Shown here in pieces: positions 58,786 to 64,000 of a stretch of 64,000 nucleotides of DNA. The translations under genes and the position numbers were made by a program. The stretch lies in assembly GCA_963706575.1 (NCBI GenBank), contig CAVPNL010000009.1:24083-88082 (forward strand), read 5' to 3'. This DNA comes from an uncultured delta proteobacterium (lineage in GTDB: Bacteria > Desulfobacterota > Desulfobacteria > Desulfobacterales > JAHEIW01). Within the stretch, counting starts at the first letter, position 1; each line of letters starts with the position of its first letter. The notes under the pieces were generated by a model. It worked only from the letters and a program-made list of their open reading frames with translations. It was not told the DNA's origin and ran no database searches.

Positions 58786-59154
58786 TCAGGCATTTGGCCG
58801 GGGCCCGGCTTCATCATTCTGTTCAAGCCCCGAGCTTTCGGGATCGGGTTTGCCTGTGGACGCATCCCGTACGGAAGGATCAACGAACACGTCCCACAGC
58901 TGCTGGTGGCGAGATCCCTGGCGGATTCTTTCATGGATGAAGTAAAAGAGATAAGCCAGAAACAGTCCGAGAAAAATAAAAAAAGAGACAATCAAAAGGG
59001 ATTCGACTAGGGTTGCCATTGCAGTGCTGAAATTTTCGCTTTTGGCCATGCGGTAGACCACCGTGAAAATAAACACCAGCAACGCCGAGACAAATAGAAT
59101 TGTGTGCAAGGGGTTAATTATGCGCCCCTGCCGGTTTTGAACCTGCCGCGTCAT
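58786..59154 (-). CDS. Hypothetical membrane protein (two TM helices)
   Basis: The ATG at 59154 is preceded by a purine-rich GGGGAAAAGGGG. Two hydrophobic helices are followed by an acidic tail. Confidence 0.45.
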   Translation of the reverse strand: MTRQVQNRQGRIINPLHTILFVSALLVFIFTVVYRMAKSENFSTAMATLVESLLIVSFFIFLGLFLAYLFYFIHERIRQGSRHQQLWDVFVDPSVRDASTGKPDPESSGLEQNDEAGPRPNA

Positions 59155-59314
59155 TTTTTTCCCCTTTTCCCCCTCTGGCCTTAGATTAAAGTATATCGAA
59201 AATCGGCTCAAATGGCAATTTTTTCTGCTAAGCATTCATCAGAATTATCTTGACAAATATGGCAATAAGGTTCAAACATAAGCATATTAATAGTCATATT
59301 ATAGATATATATAA

Positions 59315-59977
59315 ATGATTTCAATAGGTTCAAGAAATAATTTGCTTTACGTCGATATTTTCGAAACCATCCGGGACCGAATCGTGTTTGGTCATTATCC
59401 GCCTGGAATGAATCTGTCGGAGAAGGATCTTTGCCGGGAGTTCAATGTCAGTCGCACCCCGTTGAGAGAGGCCATTCAAAAACTGGTAGACTTGAAGCTG
59501 GTTACCGTTATCCCGCGCTTCGGTACCCATGTGACACCGATTGATATCCAGGAAATTCGCAGTGCGTTTGAGGTCAAAATAAAGCTCGAAGGGCTGGCCG
59601 GCGAGCTGGCAGCCGTGCGCATCGGGCCCGATCAGCTGGAAGTGCTGGATGGGCTCATAAAAGAAGCTGCTCGTGGTAATCAAAAGAGCGAAGACCGCCG
59701 GCACCATCGCCTGATCGAAATTGATAGCCGCTTTCATACCATCATTCATCAGGCGACCCGGAATCCGATTCTGCAGGAATTTCTGAATAATCTTCATTAC
59801 CGCTGTGCCAGACTCTGGAATTCGTCTTTGAATGATGTGGTCCCCAATGAGGAAATTATTGACCAGCTGCAAAGCGTTTGCAATGCGCTCAGGCGAAAGG
59901 ACCCGGAAAGTGCCCGCAAGCATATGGAGCGGCATGTTCAATATTTTATTGACGAAATTAAAATGCGACTTTTGTAA
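59315..59977 (+). CDS. GntR-family transcriptional regulator (FadR/FCD subfamily)
   Basis: wHTH EKDLCREFNVSRTPLREAIQKLVDLKLV followed by an all-helical FCD-type C-terminal domain. Confidence 0.85.
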   Translation: MISIGSRNNLLYVDIFETIRDRIVFGHYPPGMNLSEKDLCREFNVSRTPLREAIQKLVDLKLVTVIPRFGTHVTPIDIQEIRSAFEVKIKLEGLAGELAAVRIGPDQLEVLDGLIKEAARGNQKSEDRRHHRLIEIDSRFHTIIHQATRNPILQEFLNNLHYRCARLWNSSLNDVVPNEEIIDQLQSVCNALRRKDPESARKHMERHVQYFIDEIKMRLL

Positions 59978-60008
59978 TTCAAGCCAAGACAATTTTTAGG
60001 AGGAAATC

Positions 60009-60419
60009 ATGGAAGTTTTAAACTGGAAAGATAAAGAAGACGTTGAAATCAAGACATTCCCTTACCGGGGCCAGCAACACGATGTCAAAGGCATCAGCAT
60101 TCGCTGGCTCTCACAACACGGTGATGATGGCACGGGCTATCCCGAGTACGGTCTGCGGTTTTTCACAGCTCAGCCCGGCGGTGAAATCCCGATTCACAAT
60201 CATTTTTATTACCAGACCATGTACATCTTGAGCGGCCAGTTCGAATGCTATCAGTATGATCCGCAAACTGATGAAGTGGTTAAAAAAGTGGTGTGCGGGC
60301 CCGGGGATTTCATTTATGTTCCCAGCCTGGAACCCCACGGCATGAAAAACATCAGCGACACGGAAACGGCAACCTTTTTGTGCTGTATCGCCAACGTCTA
60401 TGATCAGGAAGACGTATAA
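60009..60419 (+). CDS. Cupin domain protein
   Basis: GGEIPIHNH...Y and GDFIYVPSLEPHGMKN cupin motifs. Confidence 0.75.
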   Translation: MEVLNWKDKEDVEIKTFPYRGQQHDVKGISIRWLSQHGDDGTGYPEYGLRFFTAQPGGEIPIHNHFYYQTMYILSGQFECYQYDPQTDEVVKKVVCGPGDFIYVPSLEPHGMKNISDTETATFLCCIANVYDQEDV

Positions 60420-60431
60420 CCGGAGGATATC

Positions 60432-61595
60432 ATGAAAATTGCGAAGAGATTGGAAACATTCGAAGCCTATCTGGGCACCGCAATGAATGTGATCCTTACG
60501 CGCATGAAAGACGAGGGCAAGGATGTGATTAACCTGGGGCTGGGAGATCCCGACGTCCAGCCGCCGGACGAACAGCGCCAGGCCCTGGCAGATGCCTGTA
60601 TGGATGTGGATCATCACCATTATCCCAGCTTTTATTCACCGATGCCTTTTAAGGAAGCTATCGCCGGATGGTACCAGCGACACTTTGAGGTCCAGTGTGA
60701 TCCGGAAACCGAGGTGCTGGCACTACTGGGCTCAGCCGATGGTCTTTTTCACATTCACACCTGTCTGCTTGATCATGGCGACATCGCCCTGGTGCCGGAT
60801 CCATGTTATCCGGCCTATGTCGCCGGGGTAAAAATTGCCGGAGGTGTTATTGAAACGGTGCCGCTTAAAAAGGAAAACGGGTTCATGCCGGATCTGGCTG
60901 CCATCAGGCCGGAAGTGGCCCATAAAGCCAAAATGATATGGGTGAATTACCCCAACAATCCCACCACGGCCGTGGCAACCGAAGAATTTTATCAAAACCT
61001 GATCGATTGGGCCCACAAGTACGATGTGGCCGTCATTTCCGATAATCCCTATTCGGAGGTGTGTTTCGAGGATTACCGCGCCCCCAGTTTTTTGCAATTT
61101 GACGGTGCCAAGGAGGTCGGAATTGAATTCAATTCATTGTCCAAGGCGTATAATGCCTGTGGTTGGCGCACCGGTATGATGCTGGGAAACCAAGACATCA
61201 TCGCGGGCATGGCCAAAATCAAATCCCATTCCGACCGGGGCATGTTTTATCCGCTTCAGGTGGCCGCTACCGAAGCGCTAAACGGTCCCACCGATTTTAT
61301 GGCTGAGCGCAATCGCATGTACCGGAAACGGCGGGACGTGGTTGTCAATGGCCTGCTCGACATGGGACTGGATTTGCAGATTCCTCAGGCCACTTTTTAT
61401 GTCTGGGCCGATATTCCCAAAGGCTTCAAAGATTCAAAGGAATTTTGTTTTAAGGTGCTGGATGAAATTGCGGTCTGGATGATTCCCGGCTCGATGTACG
61501 GTACATACGGCGAAGGTTTTTTCCGTATTGCCCTGACCCATCCGGCCGAGCGGCTGGCCGAAGCCATGGAGCGGTTGGGGAAGTTTCTTACTTAA
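60432..61595 (+). CDS. Class I/II pyridoxal-phosphate-dependent aminotransferase
   Basis: VNYPNNPT, the PLP-lysine context FNSLSKAYNACGWRTG, and C-terminal FFRIAL. Confidence 0.85.
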   Translation: MKIAKRLETFEAYLGTAMNVILTRMKDEGKDVINLGLGDPDVQPPDEQRQALADACMDVDHHHYPSFYSPMPFKEAIAGWYQRHFEVQCDPETEVLALLGSADGLFHIHTCLLDHGDIALVPDPCYPAYVAGVKIAGGVIETVPLKKENGFMPDLAAIRPEVAHKAKMIWVNYPNNPTTAVATEEFYQNLIDWAHKYDVAVISDNPYSEVCFEDYRAPSFLQFDGAKEVGIEFNSLSKAYNACGWRTGMMLGNQDIIAGMAKIKSHSDRGMFYPLQVAATEALNGPTDFMAERNRMYRKRRDVVVNGLLDMGLDLQIPQATFYVWADIPKGFKDSKEFCFKVLDEIAVWMIPGSMYGTYGEGFFRIALTHPAERLAEAMERLGKFLT

Positions 61596-61706
61596 TAAGG
61601 AATTACATCCATTTTAATTTATTACGCACGCAAAGGCGCAAAGCTGCTAAGGCGCAAAGAATTTTGATTTACGGTTATGCAGAAAGCCCAAGTTAAGCTC
61701 TTTCAA

Positions 61707-61778
61707 CCACGAAGAGCACGAAGGACACGAAAAGGGATTTTAAATTTATTCTATCCTACCTTCGTGATCTTCGTGGTG
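61707..61778. repeat. Word-stutter palindrome built from CACGAAG words (with a one-armed GGCGCAAAG stutter at 61624-61659)
   Basis: ccacgaagagcacgaaggacacgaaaag faces ccttcgtgatcttcgtggtg. Confidence 0.65.
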
Positions 61779-61808
61779 AGATAACTATCGGAGGTATTCA
61801 ACTGGAGA

Positions 61809-63857
61809 TCAAGCCATGTGCTGCAATACAATCGCAGTTCGGTTGGGAAGATACAGGCTTAAGTGATGTTGGTCGGGATGACCGTTTTTTTCAGGCAAGG
61901 TTAGATGCTTCTGATCGGCCGTGAGGCGGTCGTGGCCACCGTATCGAGCAGCGTCGCTGGTCAGCAGCATGCGATAGGTTCCCGGCGGGGCTTCAAAGCG
62001 ATAATCGTTGTAAGATTGTGCAGGGTGGAAATTAAAGGCAAACAACAGACCGGCGCGTGCAAACACGATCAGCTTGTTATCGGAATGCTCATACACAAGG
62101 TGCAGGTCGGTGGTATCCAGCAGGCGGTGTGTTTTGGCCATGGCAATCATTTCCCGATCAAAGCGGGCCAGAAACTGATATTTTAAGTTGTCATCGTCGA
62201 CCAGGTGCCACTGCCGGCGGGCATAATGATAGGACCAGTTGTTGCCCTCCCGCGGAAAATCGATCCATTCCGGGTGCCCGAATTCATTCCCCATAAAATT
62301 CAAGTAACCGTTACCGGCGCTTGCCAGGGTGATCAGCCGGATCATTTTCTGCAGGGCCAGGCCGCGGTCCACTTTGATATTTTGCGAATCAATATGCATA
62401 TGGTCATACATATCGGCGCCGATCAATCGGAAAATAATGGATTGATCCCCCACCAGCGCCTGGTCATGGGATTCGGCATAACTGATGGTTTTTTCATCAT
62501 GGCGCCGATTGGTAAGCTCATGCCGCAGCTGGTCGAGGGGCCAATGTTCATCGGCCACATCCTTGGTCAGCTTGATCCAGAAATCCGGAACTCCCATGGC
62601 AAAGCGGAAATCAAATCCGAAGCCGCCGTTATCAGCCGCCACCGCCAACCCCGGCATGCCGCTGACATCTTCGGCGATGGTCAGCGCATCCGGTCGCACG
62701 GCATGGATGACTTCGTTGGCCAGCGCCAGATAGGTTAAGGCCTCCTCGTCCACGCTGGCATCAAAATAATCGTCATAAGAGGTAAACGCCTTGTCAAAAC
62801 CGTGGTGCCGGTAGAGCATGCTGGTGATGCCGTCGAAGCGAAAGCCGTCCAGTTGATATTCGTCGAGCCAGAAGCGGCAGTTGGAAAGTAAAAAATGCAG
62901 GACCTGATACTTGCCGTAATCAAAACAGCGCGAATCCCACAGTTCATGGCGCCCGCGGGTCCCGTCGTGAAAATACTGATACAGGGTGCCGTCAAACCGG
63001 CTGAGGCCTTCAACCTCGTTTGAGACCGCATGGGAGTGAATCAGATCGATAATGACGGCCAGTCCGGCGTTGTGGGCTTCATCGATTAACGCTTTTAGAT
63101 CTTGCGGTGTGCCGAAGCGGGATGAAGCCGCAAAAAAACTGGACACCTGATAACCGAAGGATCCGTAATAGGGATGTTCCGGGATGGCCATGATCTGCAG
63201 GGTATTGTAGCCGGAAGCTTTCACCCGGGGAAGAATGTTGGCCCTAAACTCCTGATAGGAACCGATTTTGCCCTCCTGCTGGGCCATGCCGATGTGAACC
63301 TCATAAATAAGGGGCGCCTCGACCGGCCGCTGAAAAGTTTTACACTGCCAGCGATACGGAGAATCCGGCCGCCAGACCTGGGCATTGAATATCAGCGATT
63401 CCGGATCCTGCACCACGCGCCGCGCATAGGCCGGGATGCGATCGCCCATGCCGCCGGGCCAGTGGATGCGCAGGCGGTAAAGATCCCTGTGATCAAGGGT
63501 GTCTGCCGCAAGACGTAGTTCCCAGATGCCGTCTTCAAGCGCTTTTAAGGCAAAGGCATCTTTTTCCCGCCAGCCGGTCATATCGCCAATCAGAAAAATC
63601 GCCGTTGCGTTAGGTGCCCACTCGCGAAAAACCCATTGATCGTTTTCAAAATGCAAGCCAAAATACTCATGTCCGGACGCAAAGTCCGCCAGGGATTCGA
63701 ATTGCCGGGTCAGCCGCTGTCGGGTTTCAGCAATTTTCAACAGGCGTCGGCCGATAATGTCTTTATAAGGCGCTAAATACGGGTCGCTTTTCATCAGACG
63801 CTGAAGCGCCAGATTAATCTGATTTTGCGGGATACCATCTGATTTATTCGATGTCAT
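61809..63857 (-). CDS. glgB: 1,4-alpha-glucan branching enzyme, eukaryote-like GH13 subfamily 8 type
   Basis: YQLDGFRFDGITSMLY and GNEFGHPEWIDFPREGNNWSYHYARRQWHLVDD are nearly identical to eukaryotic GBE1 signature blocks. The ATG at 63857 overlaps the upstream gene stop (ATGACATCGAATAA). Confidence 0.85.
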   Translation of the reverse strand: MTSNKSDGIPQNQINLALQRLMKSDPYLAPYKDIIGRRLLKIAETRQRLTRQFESLADFASGHEYFGLHFENDQWVFREWAPNATAIFLIGDMTGWREKDAFALKALEDGIWELRLAADTLDHRDLYRLRIHWPGGMGDRIPAYARRVVQDPESLIFNAQVWRPDSPYRWQCKTFQRPVEAPLIYEVHIGMAQQEGKIGSYQEFRANILPRVKASGYNTLQIMAIPEHPYYGSFGYQVSSFFAASSRFGTPQDLKALIDEAHNAGLAVIIDLIHSHAVSNEVEGLSRFDGTLYQYFHDGTRGRHELWDSRCFDYGKYQVLHFLLSNCRFWLDEYQLDGFRFDGITSMLYRHHGFDKAFTSYDDYFDASVDEEALTYLALANEVIHAVRPDALTIAEDVSGMPGLAVAADNGGFGFDFRFAMGVPDFWIKLTKDVADEHWPLDQLRHELTNRRHDEKTISYAESHDQALVGDQSIIFRLIGADMYDHMHIDSQNIKVDRGLALQKMIRLITLASAGNGYLNFMGNEFGHPEWIDFPREGNNWSYHYARRQWHLVDDDNLKYQFLARFDREMIAMAKTHRLLDTTDLHLVYEHSDNKLIVFARAGLLFAFNFHPAQSYNDYRFEAPPGTYRMLLTSDAARYGGHDRLTADQKHLTLPEKNGHPDQHHLSLYLPNRTAIVLQHMA

Positions 63858-64000
63858 TTTCTTCAATCGGGCGGGTCGGTTGTCCGGCCTTCGCTTTTGC
63901 TTCTGGATTGGGTATATTTTCAACGATCAACCGGCGTTTGAGCATCCGTTCGTAAAGCGCAATATATTGGCGCGCAGTATTGGCGTGGGTAAAGGTTTCG
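63844..64000 (-). CDS. C-terminal end of an upstream gene (possibly a glycosyltransferase/glycogen-metabolism gene), 5' part outside window
   Basis: An open minus-strand frame from the window edge reads ...TFTHANTARQYIALYERMLKRRLIVENIPNPEAKAKAGQPTRPIEENDIE-stop. It is translationally coupled to glgB. Confidence 0.35.
   Translation of the reverse strand, partial: ETFTHANTARQYIALYERMLKRRLIVENIPNPEAKAKAGQPTRPIEENDIE

Noticed and set aside
59330-59992. A 220-aa minus-strand ORF mirroring the GntR gene almost exactly
   Set aside because: The plus-strand product has a clear GntR wHTH and FCD domain. The antisense product has no recognisable motif, so it is treated as a shadow ORF.

Overview
This is a 64-kb chromosomal window, probably from a Desulfobacterota (Desulfobacterales-like) genome; that assignment is inferred from gene content and repeat style only. 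All calls come from reading the sequence and recalling motifs; no searches were run.

Coding density is high and mostly housekeeping:
- A BMP-type ABC transporter.
- An OadG-like/OadB Na+-decarboxylase membrane pair.
- The classic rpmH-rnpA-yidD-yidC-jag-mnmE cluster.
- RNase G next to a large radical SAM fusion, and HtrA.
- TctCBA, two inverted paralogous Zn-alcohol dehydrogenases, AsnRS and NadE.
- A 2042-aa thioester alpha-2-macroglobulin.
- gyrB-dnaN with no dnaA or recF beside them.
- Alkaline phosphatase, a GntR-cupin-aminotransferase unit, and a eukaryote-type GH13 branching enzyme.

The items most worth follow-up:
1. One 1147-aa ORF fuses a full-length endonuclease Q-like PHP nuclease to a complete UvrD/PcrA helicase.
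2. A convincing c-di-GMP-I (GEMM-I) riboswitch with a terminator sits in front of a very acidic, signal-less protein carrying FliD/flagellin 'IN' repeats.
3. Intergenic 'stutter palindromes' are pervasive: arms built from tandem 7-10 nt words. At least one subfamily is clearly copied in both orientations.
4. Two phased ATTTTACA decamer arrays bracket a terminator-bearing mini-unit upstream of an Arg-rich excisionase-type HTH gene.
5. An RdgC homologue, split by two in-frame stops, lies directly upstream of dnaN next to an AT-rich stretch.
6. A divergent ThyA-fold gene lies next to gyrB.
7. An HU-like gene ends at 57 aa, exactly at an inverted-repeat element.

Two apparent frameshifts were seen (ABC ATPase and a lipoprotein). 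No rRNA, tRNA, CRISPR array or transposase gene was recognised.
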